Source of the DNA: Moniliella sp. 'wahieum' | Lineage: Eukaryota | DNA length: 64,000 bases | NCBI GenBank assembly: GCA_003971905.1 | Contig: RSEE01000016.1 | Span: 496,001-560,000, forward strand | Direction: 5' to 3' | Shown here: positions 12,349 through 25,395 of the stretch, piece by piece | How positions within the stretch are numbered: the first letter of the stretch is position 1 | Layout: the number at the start of each line of letters is the position of its first letter | Notes under the pieces: model-generated | Seen by the model: the letters and a program-made list of their open reading frames with translations, nothing else | What the model was told of the DNA's origin: nothing | The model's database searches: none | Position numbers and translations under genes: made by a program

Positions 12349-15300
12349 TGTTGGGACCTGCGGTCCCGTACATAGGCCAAGGCGCCTTATCACCCTTCGC
12401 CCTCATTAATCATTTGACCTCCGAAGGCTCCACGTGTATACTCAGGCTTGTTTGAACCTTGTCTCATCTAGGTGTGGCATAAAGATTAGACCCAACCACC
12501 ACCACCGCGATTGCACTGTTCTACATTTCCAGAGGTTCATCGCCCAACCCCCTGGGTTCCTCCGGTCTTACAGAGTTACAATCCTCTTGACGCTCATTCC
12601 TGAGTACTCCCCATTCACCCCACTCCTCCATCTAACCCATTCACTCCACCCAAGTCCTGGCTCAATTCCTCAATGCCACCTCGTGCTGCTCCCGCCGCCG
12701 AGGACACACCTCGTGTTACTCCCGTGCCCGAGGCCATCCCCACTCCTACCCCCGACGATACCGCACCCATATCGTCATTGCAGACGAACGGCATCCAGGC
12801 TAATATCTCCAACATTGTCGACGTTCTCCGCCCCGTATTTGCCTTTTTCAACGCTGGGAAGATCACCTTCGAGGAGTTCCAACAGGCGGGTACTTCACAC
12901 GGGTTTTCGCTCCAATCGACGATGCAAGCCTTCACACGGATTGCCGGGGAAACATCGGTTTTCGTATCGAAGCCGAGCCGCGATAAGAACCCTTGGGCGC
13001 TACCCCCCCACAAACTTTTGCGTGAAGCTATCCGCACCGATGTGCCGTATAACGAACGCCTACACATGAACGGCTCTTTTTGGTTATGGGCCGAACACTT
13101 CTTGCCCAGTCTCCACATCATCCCACAAGGTCGCGAGCACCTGGAACAAGGCCCATCTCTGAGTGGGTACAATGAGACCCTTGATGCCCTTTTAGTCAAA
13201 GTGCTACTCCCATGGCTGGATACCGACGTTGCCCAGAGTCTTACCCTGATGAGCACTCCAGCCCTCGGCTCTGCGTACTTTCAGACCCTGCGTAGTGTGT
13301 ACGGCTTTGTGTCCGACGCTCAGTTGACACACCTGTATGCCAAGATTGCAACGATTAAGATGGGTTCCAAATCCGGCCGCCAATACCTCAACGAGTTCCA
13401 AATGGCCGTTCGCGAATACGAGCTGAGCGCGAAGACTGAGTTGGGTGAGCGGACTCTGGCACATATACTGCGGGCAGGTGTGCCGGATAGGATGTGGCTG
13501 AAGATGCATCGCAACAGCAGTTACGACGCCGTATGCACAGCGGTGAATGAACTCGACGCCTTTGTTGATGAGCAGGTCCTGCGCAAGCCATACCAACCCC
13601 AACCTCCCGCGCTCTACACCCAGCAACACTGTCAGCACTGGTACCAGTTGCGGAAGAGGCCACGGCAGCGGCGGCAGTTATCGAGGAGGATACCACGGCG
13701 GTCACTGTGGCGATAGCCGGTACGGTCCTCCTCGACAGGCGAGTCAATCTCGACTGCCCACGCACGATTCCCAATGCTTCCCTCCACAACGCCTGAGATG
13801 CCCGCTGTGCCTGAGACGGAATCGATCGTGTCCACAACCCCTCCCCACCCTTACAGGGCCAGTGCGGAGGCCGTACGCCAGCCAACCTCCCTGCGCAACA
13901 CGATTCAAGTGCGAGACCATCCGTATTCAATAAACGAAGCGCGTTTATCAATCTTCGCCCACACCGCGAGCCCATAGCGGTGGCAAACGGGCCGATCGCA
14001 TACACTGAAGGTATTGGCACCATTTCTATGTACATTCAAACCCAGAACGGAGCTCCTATCCGCATCCACCTTCCCGGCAGTTTGTACTGCCCTACCTTCC
14101 CGACCAACCTCCTAAGCGCTTATCATCTCTCTGTCGCAGGCATTGGCAGCTGGATCCCTCCAGGTGGCCATGGCCTCCACCTTGGTCGACACGGCGAACC
14201 CCTTCGTCTCGCCGCCGATTCAAGCTATTCCCTCGCTCTTGCGTCTAATACTACGGCCACAGCCAACAGAGCCACTTCGCCACTCAACCTTGAAGCAACC
14301 CTGGTCAAGGTGAAAAACGCCCACATCCGATGGAACCATGCACCACTAGATCAACTTTCAACCCTCACGTCGGACGACCCAGCATTCGAACGGGTCAAGA
14401 GTGGCGACATCGTTTTAGTCCGGTCCTCGTGGCACTGTGCCCCATGCGCACTAAGCAGAGCCACTGTCCCCACCCCACGCTACGACTGGACGCCCAATCC
14501 GAACCATTCGCCCTTCTCTCTCTCTTCACCTCGATGTCCTCGACATATCCCGCCAAAACGGTGGGGGTCATACGTACGCCCTTATCATTGTCGACGATTT
14601 TACGCGGTATACCTGGACGCTACCCTTGGTGTCCAAGGGTGATGCCACAGCCCAACTTCAGGCCTTTATCCGGCGAGCATCGCCAACATCCCGACCGCCC
14701 CCTCCAGACTGTCCACTCTGACAATGCGCCTGAACTTACCACCGCAATGGACGACTTTTACTGCGAACTAGGCGTAGTGAGCGAGCGCACACCAATCCTG
14801 GCGAAAGTGCGTCCAATGGGGTCGCCGAACGCGCCATAAGATCGATTACGGATCGCGCTCGACTCATGGTGGTAGCCAACCGATTGATTCCCGACGAGTG
14901 GTGGGAACACGCTTGTTGGCAGCCACATACGCACACAACCAGTCGCCGCCAAAGGCACTGGGTGGTGACAGTCGATTTGTCCGATACCATGGCTTCAAAC
15001 CTTCCTTCGCATGCGCGGGTTTGGCACCCTTGCTTACCTGCGCCTATTGACCAACCAACGCGAGGGAGGCATACTTGGTCCGCGGGCCATCCCAGCGATG
15101 TTGGTGGGTTACGGGCACGGCCGCGGTTCGAAGGGGTGGCTCTTTGCCATCCACCAGGATGACGGCCAAGTTGGATTCCGTTGGAAAAAGCCGTCCACCT
15201 GGACACATGTCCCGTACACCACCGAATATCCCACGCACTTTCATCTGGACCCCCTTGTTCCTTCTGGTGGCGGAGAGTTGGGGGTGGGCGGAGGGATGGG

Positions 15301-15579
15301 TGCTGTGAGGCAGTCAAACAGCTCTCCACCCGTCGGCGTGTGCGTTTTGCGATGGATGAATCGCAGTCCCGTACATAGGCCAAGGCGCCTTATCACCCTT
15401 CGCCCCTCAGGCCTCATTTGACCTCCGAAGTCTCCACGCGTGTATACTCAGGCTTGTTTGAACCCCTGTCTCCTCTAGGTGTGGCATAAGGCTTAGACTC
15501 AACCCCACCACCCCGCGATTGCATTGCTTTACATTTCCAGAGGCTCATCGCCCAACCCCTTGGGTTCCTCCGGTCTTCA
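12349..15579 (+). mobile_element. Ty1/Copia LTR retrotransposon, internally deleted (no RT/RNase H)
   Basis: 5' LTR 12349-12572 (TGTTGGGAC...GGTCTTACA). 3' LTR ~15362-15579 lacks its first ~11 bp. Flanks CGATA/CGATG. Domain order gag-PR-GAG_pre-integrase-integrase is Copia-type. Confidence 0.9.
12673..15360 (+). pseudogene. Copia gag-pol remnant (gag, aspartic protease, integrase)
   Basis: Gag-like 12673-13716. Protease HDSSA...IAVANG...GIGTI...LYCPTFPTNLLS. AHIRWNH...CAPC zinc motif. Integrase IVDDFTRYTW, VHSDNAPE, NGVAERAIR, RGFGTLAY...RAIPAMLVGY. Confidence 0.88.
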
Positions 15580-15749
15580 CGATGTACTAGTGCACAGTTC
15601 TACCCTGCGCCTTCCGTGCCGGCTCACCGCTCGCGGTCGAAAGGCCGCCATCCATTCGTCTCCGTCATCGATTCCACCTCTCCATCTCTTTCCCCCTACT
15701 ATATATGCACGAACGAATGACAACCCATTGTGCAAGATAAATGCTCTTA

Positions 15750-18247
15750 AATGATGCTGGTGAGGTTCCATGTTCGGGATGGGTCGCATAGTCGAAGTGC
15801 AAGATGCAAGTGGTAAAATGCAGGGCAATCTCACCCAGTGAGTCCAAGTTGGGTGGAGAGGGGCCGTCATTCCGGTCCCAGCAAGGCAGCAGTAGAGCCG
15901 TTGGAGATTTCGTGCTCGACCGATGGGGGTTTGAAAGGCCAAATGTCAAAGACGCGAGCCAGCGCGACAAGCTGGGTGGTAACAGATCGCATACCCTCGC
16001 CCTAGGATCCACCACTTCCTCGGGTGAGTGGGCAAAGTCCGTGTTGTCCTTAGCGAGACGATGAACAATTTCCTCCGCACCAGGTGCAACATGGCGCAGG
16101 GAATCGAGGATGGAATGGCTGCGCAAACAAGGACGTTCTTCATCAACCAGTCAAACGTTGGGTAGAGGTCCACCGGCACCAGAGGATTCCTGCGCGAGTG
16201 ATTGTAACGAACGCAAGACGCTGTCGGTTCAACCCCGACGCCGCATTGTCGCTTTCAGGCCCGCCATTGGTCTTGACCAAACGAGAGTAAGCCGATTTGC
16301 CCACAATCATTTGTTCACTGCCATAAACGTGTTCATAAAGCGGCAGGAACTCGTCCCCGCGCATGTGGTACTCCACATGCGCAAGGGCGTCCGTCAGCAC
16401 GTTCACCTTGGACCGATGGTGATCCCCGGGCGTGATCACCAATCGGTCGGCCAAGCTTTCGGTAATGATTAGGTGCATTTTGACCCTGCCATAACGGAAA
16501 AGCCACGCGCGAGAGCCAATAGCCGAAATCATTTGGACGACGAGTTGCTCCCCCAAAACGCTGTTGGGGATTGTCATAAACACTTCCAAGGGAGACGCCA
16601 ATTTCCAATCCAGAGTATCGAACGAAAGGCTGTCGCTAGGTTCAACCTGGGAAGGAAAATGCCAGTATCACGCAACGGGTAATCAAGGCGCCACCCTTTT
16701 CCAAGTCGGTGTATGTGGCCCACTCCCAAGCCGAATAGGGAATACAGTAAGCCGGCTTCCATCCACCTTGGACGCCTTCGTTGCATTCCTCCAACCGGAT
16801 GAGCCAGGACCAATAATTCAACCCATCCTCCATTGCATAGACGTGTTCCACATTTGGGTGGCGGAGAAGGCCTTGAGTGACTGTGCCGGCCCCTGCATAG
16901 CCCTCCAGAATGATGCGGGGGGGCCTTGATCGAGCTTCATATGAGAGATGACTTTCTCCACAGTCGAGCTGTTATTGAGGAAAAAATGGTTGACTGCGTG
17001 GAACGAAGTATCCTTCTCAAACCCAAACTCGAGAGCCTGCCGCCAGCTTTGACAGGGGGAGATGGGGAAAGTCTTGATGAGTCCGAATCATATCCTCTTG
17101 CTTCTCACTGGGCAAGTCCCACATCGCCTTGTGAGTCGTAATGAGTTCAGCATACGTTCTTGACGTTTGAGTAGCCGCGCTTTCGACACACGATTCCGGC
17201 CCAAGAGGAACTGGGTATCAGGGAGGGGCGCAACCTCCAAAGCATCCGTCCGGGATTCATCCGCCTCAGGTTCTCCACCTTCCTCATTCTTCTCATCGGT
17301 GATTGGATTGCGGGCTTCCGCCAGAGCTAATGCTTGGGTGATCGACAACATCGATACGCGGGCGGCATCCAGTCGTGACGTTTGTGCATTAAGCACATTC
17401 TGGCGAAGACGTTCCGGATCGTACTCTGGGGGCCTCACACCAAATGGCACCGATGAGCGAAGGTACGTAGTTGCGTATTCTTCTTCCAGCGTCGGCGCCT
17501 TGGTGTTCTGGCCCACAACAGGAGGAGGATTGGTCTCCGCAGGAAGGGCCTTCAAAGGAATAGTCTCCGACGGAAGGGACTGCGCAGGAATGGTCTTAGG
17601 CGTAGGGACCACACGTTTTTTCGCCTTCTTGGGAACCGGGGTTTCTTCTTTGGAGATGTAGAGCGGAGAATAGAGATTGATCCATGGGAACCCAGGTCTT
17701 CCCAGGTGAAAGAATCCCATCCCCCAAAGAAAGTGACATAGCATCATGTACATCACGTACAGGCGATATAAGGCTCTCCGCATCACCAGCCTGCATTTTG
17801 GCGAGGGCGTCCACGCTCACGCTTCGTACTTGCCTTTTCTTCGCGTGAAGAAGCGGGTGGGCGCCCACGCGGCCGTTTCGGACGTTCCTCTTCATCACGA
17901 GGTCGAGGGCGGGTGGACGCCCACGCGGCCGCTTCGGACGTGTCACTTCATCGCGTGGTGAAGTGGGTGGGCGCCCGCGGGGCTTTTTCGGAGGCACCTT
18001 TTCAATCAAATCGTCACCAGCGCCCGAAGGAGCAGCTGGCATCTGGCGAGGCCGGCCTCCTTGAGGTTGCAGGGGGGTGCTTCGGTCCCCACATCGGTTT
18101 CGTCTTGCCAGTTCGCCGAGGTCAGACTGAAACGGCGGGAGGGTGCCGCAAGAGGATCCTCGTAGATGGAAGAAATATCTGGGATGCCAATGGCCTTGGA
18201 ACCGATAGCCTTGGAAGGACGCGGGCGACACGAGCGGCGAGCGCCAT
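15750..18247 (-). CDS. MTF1: Mitochondrial transcription factor 1 / KsgA-Dim1-like SAM-methyltransferase fold, with N-terminal AT-hook region
   Basis: Arg-rich targeting-like start MALAARVARVLPRLSVPR. Motifs IILEGYAGAG, HVYAMED, SAWEWATY, LGEQLVVQMISAIGSRAWLFRYGRVKMHL, RSKVNVL, LARVFDIWPFKP. Frameshifted; 3' end uncertain (stop possibly 15867). Confidence 0.8.
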
Positions 18248-18705
18248 GCCAGGAGAGAAAGCGGTGGTCAGGCTTTAAAAACGCAGCCGGGTATGGCGCC
18301 GAAGAAAAAGCCGCACTGTTTGGGTTACATAAGCCACATTCTGTTCCAGCGCCTGTGCAAGTTGTTAAAGTACACTTACGCTTTAAAATTAAGAAATTAA
18401 AGGGACTGTAGCAGGCAGACGGCGCGGTCTAAGCTACCAGAAGCAGATGAGCGAGAACGAGGTAACGAGTCGAGCGAAGAAGTGGGGGCGGTAAGGAAAA
18501 CAGAGGAATGCGTCAGCGGTGTCTACTACGCGTGCGGCTTACACTTGGAACCAAGGTGGAGGCGCCATGCATGTGTGAGAGCGCGACCCAAAGTCTAGAC
18601 CAAAACTATTAGGGCACAGTGACACTCACAGCAGCCATCACCTGCAACAGGGCCACCGATGGAGCCTGACACATCCTGTGATGGGTGCCGGCCCGGTTTG
18701 GATCT

Positions 18706-18930
18706 TGTTGAGCTAAGTGGCTCGTGATTTGGCCAATGTCCCTTCAGCTCCTCCTCAGACCTAGGAGTTCCGCTGTTTCCCCTCTCCTGTTTTCCTCCTT
18801 GCCCCGCAGCTTAGCCCCTGATGGCGACTCGCTGCTTGATGTTCCTCTGTAGGCATTGCTGGTTGCCACACCACCACCACCAGTGCGATTGCATCACCCT
18901 CGAGGACCATCAGGACTCCAGGTCTCATCA
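18706..18930 (+). mobile_element. Solo LTR, family B
   Basis: TGTTGAG...GGTCTCATCA with a perfect 5-bp TSD GATCT (18701-18705 / 18931-18935). Homologous to 52245-52465 and 63042-63273. Confidence 0.93.
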
Positions 18931-19472
18931 GATCTGGTACAGAATGCATTGAAAGCATGAGACACGCTACTTTTCGCTGCAAACTACACACTTCTCATAC
19001 ACGGCGACTGGTTAGAAAGGTGAGCATCTACAGAACCCGCGGATTCGCAATCTGAGTTTGAGGCACATATATATGTGGTTTTGTGAATGCAGACAATGAC
19101 CCTCGTCCCGCAGTGTGTTGACACTTAACGACACATCTTCTTCCTCATCGATTATTTCGTCGCTTCAAGGCGGCTTTTCTTCATCTGATTGGCACTTTCA
19201 AAAAGAGGCTGTCACAGCAGTAACCATCTATCTGTCTGAATTTAGCCATTGACAAGCTAGATCCGGCACGGGGGGTAGGGCAACGAATAAGAAACAAGTG
19301 GTGAGAAAGGGGATGCGGGGGCGGATACGAGCAACTCTCGTTTTCAAAGACTCACTCGGCCCACACGGCACGAGCCACGGGGCACGAGGGCCTACCAACA
19401 ACTCAGTACGAACCTGTCGTGCCACAGCAGCGCTGGGCGCACCATAGGATTATTTTGCAGAGTGGGACTCAC

Positions 19473-20721
19473 TCAAGCAGATTCCTCAACCGCCTCGGGC
19501 TTAGGCTCCGCTACCTCCTCCTTCGTCTCCTCAGGGGTGGAAACCTCCTTGGCAGGCTCCTCCTCCTTAGCAGACTCCTTCTTGACCGGCTCCTCGACCT
19601 TGGAAACAGCCTCGTCAACAGCCTCCTCCACTTGGGGGCAACCTCCTCAACTACCTCTGCCGCCTTGGAGGCAACTTCCTCAACCGCCTCCTCAGTTTGG
19701 GGCAACCTTCTCCACAGTCTCCTCCGCCTGAGGGGCAGCCTCTTCCACGGGGCAGGAGTGGGTGCTGGGACATCCTCCTTGGGGGTCTCCGTCTCCTCCG
19801 TCGGCTCAGCGGCCTCCTCCACCTTGGAGTTTCCGCAGCAGGAGCCTCGGCCTCAGCGGGCTGCTCGGTGCCAAAGCTAAAATGGACCGGGGCAGTGGAC
19901 GGAGAAGGCTCGGCAGCAGCGCCAAAGTCCTTGCTAATGGAACCCTCGTCCGCCGGCTTGTCCGATGTGGCCGAAACGACGTCCCACTCATTTGTCGAAC
20001 CCGAAACAGACTCAGGCTTGGCAGATTCCTTGGCCTCTTCAGTTTCCTCCTCCTTCTTCTCTTCGTCCTTCTTCTCTCCGTCCTTAGACTCCTCCACCTT
20101 GGATTCCGCACCCTTGGGGCAGAGGGAGCCTCATCGTCCACCTCGTCAACACGGATCGACGCGCCGGCCGAGCCGAGGGGGCCTCACCCTCGGCCAGAAT
20201 CACATCCTTCTCGACCATCTCATAATGAGTTGGTTTACCTCCTCCGGGACCGTCTTGCCGAGGATCACGAGCAGCTCAAATGGCTGCGGGTAGACCTTGA
20301 GCGCGCGGAAGAAGGCAGTGGCCGAGTCAAGGTGGAAGTCCTTGCCGCGGTTAAAGAGGAGCTCACCAACAGAGATTTGCTCCATGAAGTAGGCCTCGCG
20401 GGTGGCGGGGTCCTTGGGATGGTGCCGTCGGCGAGAGCAGCACGCGTGCTGGCCACCGCCGCAGCAATGGCTATGTCTGAGGCTTTACTGGATTCCTCCG
20501 CCTTCTTGGCCTCAGCCTTCTTTTGGCGCTTGTACTGCTGCCCAAGGAGCGGCGGAAGGTGGCGTCATGGCGGCGGCGATAGTCAAAGTAGCTGGAGAGC
20601 CAAGGGGTCAGCACAAATGAAGGCGACAGCAAAAGGTGGGAGAAGCACGCACGCAGCATAGCCAACGACGGCGCCGGCGAGCGTCAGGCCAGTGACAGCG
20701 GCAGCAGTTTGACGCCTTCAT
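19473..20721 (-). CDS. TOM20: Mitochondrial import receptor Tom20 (MAS20) with long Glu/Ala/Pro-rich C-terminal extension
   Basis: Hydrophobic anchor, intron 20592-20652, YFDYRRRHDATFRRSL, EAYFMEQISVGE, AFFRALKVYPQPFELLVI. Acidic tail ends VEESA*. Confidence 0.9.
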
Positions 20722-21297
20722 GGTGCAGACGGTGGTGGTGGAAGAGGGTCGGTGGCTGGGCGGACGGCAGCAGCGGCCGAGGAACAAAATCTGACAGTGC
20801 AGGCTTCGCGGCTGCTAGGGTTGCGTCTGGGGAGGCGCCTTGGGGGCAGTGTGAGCACTGGGCAGCCTGAGCGCTCCGGCTCAGCGCTGAGGCTCAGCAC
20901 TGCGACCATCGATCCCCGATCACCTGGATCACCGTTCAAGAGACGGAGCCAGCGCAGCCGGGCAGGGCTAAGGCGCGGGGGCACTGAGGGGCGCCTCATC
21001 GGTCGCAGCGGTGACTCGTAACCATGGGCGACTGAGCCTCAGCGGCCCAGCGCTCAACCAACGTTCAACGAGGATAGGTGCACGTGATGCGTGTGGACGA
21101 GGTGCAATGCGGGGCACGTGACGCGGGAGAGCATGCCCACCCCGCACGGACCGGCGGGCAGTGGCGCAGCAGCGGCGCAGCAGAGAGGCTGTGCACCGCC
21201 AAAGAAAGCTGCCGCAACACGCAACAGCAGAAAGGCCGCCCGCTCGCTATTTAACCCCCACATCGCCCCTTCCTCTCCCGGCGCCACCACGCATACG

Positions 21298-24138
21298 ATG
21301 GCCACCCGTCCCCCTGCGACCCAGATGCCTCAGGGACAGCCGCCGTACGCAGGCGCCCCGGGCATCCTGACGCCGCTGCGTACCCACTACCTCAAGAAGG
21401 CCCTTGTTCAACTCGAGGTCGAGCACGAGCTCGCCATCCTCAACCGAGCAGTTAGTAGTCCGATCTCTGCTCTTTCCCCCGTCCTTTAACCCCAACCTCT
21501 CTCTCTCTGCACCTTTCCTCATCCCCAGATGCTCTCGCCGCACTCGTGCGCCGTTTCATCCCGTCGCTGGCGCTCCCATACACGCCGACGACTTGCCTTT
21601 ACTCCGCTTTGTTTTCCAGCGATGGGTGCTCACCTTCCCCCTTGTCAAGGATACCTCTGCCAGCTTTTTCCCCAAAGTACAGCAGCTTGCTCAGGAATTC
21701 TATGCTCGCAACATCTCTGCCTCTATGACCGCGAAGAGGCGAGCAAGCGCCGCAAAATTGCCAACCGGGTGGAGCGCTACGTCACACTCCTATTTGCTGC
21801 TGCGATCCTTGCCAAGCCCCCGCCTGGATGTGCGCCCGGTGAAGGGGAGCAGGTCGTAGAGTTAACGGACCAGGATCGCCAGGCTATCACAGCAGCCGAA
21901 CAGGCGGGCGTAAAGGCTGAACAAGATGCGGCTCAGTTGGCAATCAACATCATTGCTGTCCGTCTACCCCCCCCTGCTCCCGGCACCAAGACAGACTTGG
22001 CGTACTCCTCAATTCATCGTTGCCCTCCAGTGCTGGAAAGGGACGGACGAGACCTACGTCGCTCGCTCCTATGCCGACTTTGAACATCTCAAACTCACTC
22101 TCCAACAAGAGCTCGGACCTTTAATTTGGGTGCCCGATCTCCCCCCCAAGGACTATTCGGCCCTTGAGGAGGGAGCACGAAGCATGGGTAAGTCCTTGTC
22201 CGACAAGTTTTTTGGCCTCGCCCTAGGTGGTAGTGCATCCATCACCAGCCCGAGCGGCGGCAACCCGTCATCCCGGGATGCTTCAGGTACAGTATCATCC
22301 CCGTTCTCGCCCGGGAGGCCAACCGTCAATCGCTGCGGGCCTACCTGCGCGACTTGGCCGAGGTCCCAGCGATGCGGACCAGCAAAGCGCTTGACGATTT
22401 TCTGCGTGCCTCTCCGGTTCAGCTCACCGAACTCGAGATGGAGGACGCTTCGCTGCGGAATGAAATGGACTCGCGTCGTGAGGCGGCAACAGTAGCGTTT
22501 GCCGAGGCGAGTGAAGTGCGAGCAGCAGAGTTACGGTCGCTGTTGGGGGGAAGAAGTACGAGGTGTCCCAGCCCGATGGGCTAAACAAGGTGTTTTCCGT
22601 ATTTCGCACCACATCCCAGCTCAAAGATTTGCCTGAGGACTACCGTGCAATGATGGGTTGGGTCAAGATGAGCATGGCCGCTTCTCTCTACACTTCTTTT
22701 ATCGGTTCGGACAATGGGAGCGCTGCATTTGCTTCGTTTAGCAAGATTAACTTTCTCATGCCTTACTCGCTGTTGTCGGGTGTCTTGCGCATCACCAACC
22801 CAGCAGCGATGATCAAGGGAGTGATGAACTTATTCTTGGCGCAGCCTTTGGGGAGCAAATCTTTGCTCCAAAGGATGAGCGGTGCTAGTCTGTCTGAAGG
22901 AACGAGACAGTGGCAGTCGATGGCCCAAAACGCAGCGAAGCGGATCAACGACCCTTTGATGGTTCAAAAGTTGGCAGCCTATGTCGGGCTGCCCGCACAG
23001 GCACGGGTGCAACTCAAGACGCATGCTCAACGCGCCCGTCTTCCGCTTCCTGTGGTGGTCCTATCGAGCGCTGTTTGTGGTCCACCTTTGTCGCCTGCGC
23101 AGGCGGAGCGGGTTGACAAGGCCAGGGTATCCCGGGCTAAGGGTGAATTTACAGGACCCTCCACACTCTTGGACGATTTCCATGCGTTTATGGTGGCTCA
23201 ACTCAAGATTTACGACAATGAGCAACTTGAGTCGCTGGTGACCGAGGGCATTACTGTCGACCTCTTCCGCGATCTGATTGCTATGTTTGTCACGCCCTTG
23301 GCCGAGGTGTATCGGGATGCCAATGCGTCCGACTTTGTAGGAGACGTGCAATCGTTTTGCGATGACTTGATTCAAACCGTCAAAGCGAACCAAGATGGTA
23401 AGTCATTGTCCTTGTTATGTGATGGTCTTGGCTACTGACGATTATCTTTCCTGCGCACCAGTCCGTTGGCAAAACCCGACGATTATGCTACAGGTGTTTC
23501 AAGATCTGGTTGGCCGTCATGAGGATGCGATCTACCGCTTCATCCATGACACTCAAGTAAAGGGTCATAGCCTCTTTGGTGGGTTGATCGACTACGCGCA
23601 GCAGTTTATCAACTTTTTGCGTGGCCAGGGCGCCAGCGCCGATGTGGCGCAACGCCAAGGGATTGGCGAGGTGGACATGGAGGCGCTGTTACCCGCCGTG
23701 GGGGACCCGCTGCGGGATGCGATTCTACGCGAGACGGATGTACTGATCAACCATGCGTACCAGGCCAAGTGGAGCTGCGAGAGGTGCGTCTGCGTCGGCA
23801 ATTGGCCGCGCAGAGTGGCCAAGGCCTGGAGGGAGACACCTTTGGTCATTCTATCCTCGGCTTCAATTCGACTACTGTGGGAGATGCGACGGAGGTTGAG
23901 GCCGCCATCGAGGCCGAGCGGTCGCCGTTTGAGAAAGGAGGTATTCCCGACCCCCGCCTTTTGCCAGAGCCAGAGCTGTTGGAGATCCCCAAACTACTGC
24001 CCCTGTTCCTTGAGCTGGTACGTTGCATTCTCTGCGTATGATATTTTGGGGCGTGTTGTGCTGAGCACTGACCAACATCGCTATAACCGCATCATGTCTG
24101 GACGGCAGGTGCGGCCCATGCTCCCGGAGCAGGCGTAA
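21298..24138 (+). CDS. PX-associated / PX / DUF3818 domain protein (yeast YPR097W/Lec1-like)
   Basis: LTPLRTHYLKKALV, LPLLRFVFQRWVLTFP, DREEASKRRKI, YVARSYADF (PX), MPYSLLSGVLRITNPAAMIKGVMNLFLAQPLGSKSLLQRM. Introns near 21450, 23398 and 24018. Confidence 0.88.
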
Positions 24139-25395
24139 AACCTCTAAGAGGAGTGTGTCATAGTTTGGCTGATCTCGCTCCCATTTCCAATTTCTTCGTC
24201 TCGAGCGTCTCGCTCCTTCCCTGTTCCTTCCACTTCGCACCATGTCCTCTGTGCTTGCTTCTTCCCCACGAACGATTGCTACACCCCTTGGCCTAGTCCG
24301 ATCCTGGTCTCCCTCGCCTTAGCCCCGACTGTGACATTATCGTTCGTGGGGAAGAAGCAAGAACAGAGAGCGAGATCAGCCAAAGTATGACAGAGCATTG
24401 ATGCCTGAGGAGGCGCAGCTGATATGGGCAAGCGCAGCTGCAAAACAGACCTGATGGAAATGCCATGTGGTTGGGCCGCCACCACCGGCGTAAAACACAA
24501 AGGTTAGAGAGTAGGTCTTATAAACGGGCTGCTGGTCCAGTCAGGCGCCAGTAGGCCCAGGCAAGGCAACAACTGGTAACCGACAACCGCCGAGGTAATC
24601 TCTACCACATGTCTGCCGGCTGCCCAATCGTGCGTGCTTGCTCCTGACTTGAGTTTCAATTTTAAGCATCAAGCATCAAGCACCATGCATCAAGTGCATC
24701 AAGCTTCAAGCATCACCGGTCACCGGCAAACTGATGCGACCGGATCCCCATTGCAAGCGAATCGGCAAGCAAGAACGGGAGGTCAATAGAAGTAAGTAGA
24801 GTCGGGGAGAAGGAGGAGGGGACTTGTACGCTACGACTGCCGAAGCTGCAAGATGGAGGCACGTCCGACTGCCAGACTTCCCCCGGGCGGAACTAGCGGA
24901 GCCTGCGGGGAGGAAGCGGCTGGGAGCGCCAGAGTTCGGTTATGCTCTCGGCGCACTGCACTAGTGTCCCAACCAAGCAGGGTTGCCTTCTGAAGTTTTG
25001 CAGCGCACAGCTTCACCGGTGGGCCGGGACTAGTCACTGGCGCTCCTTAGAAGCGCTCAGGCGCTCAGGCGCTCAGGGTTCGGCTGCGCCCCGGTGATAA
25101 AATGGGCTGTCTCACAGCGGCATTGCCGAAAGGGTGGCGGGCATTGGGCCGACACTGCCCCTCCGCCCGTCTTCGCATGCATTGGTAATCGCCGGTCCAA
25201 GCCGGCACCCCACCAGTGTCCCTCTGCCTGCCCGGCAGTCCTGTCGGCATGCGTGCTTGCCGAAGGATACGCAAGGGGCGCAGCGAGCCCATGACAAAAT
25301 TCGGAGTGGCCACTTTTCTACAAAAGTGTCTGCCTACCCAGTCAGCTGGTGTTGCGCACCGTCGACGACTACCACCTTCATTCCCCCTCATCGCC

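Noticed and set aside
24540..25390. HapX/CBC bipartite site (CSAAT-N12-RWT) upstream of CCC1
   Set aside because: The CCAAT boxes I checked (~24624 and minus strand ~25145, ~25183) lack the RWT at the required spacing.
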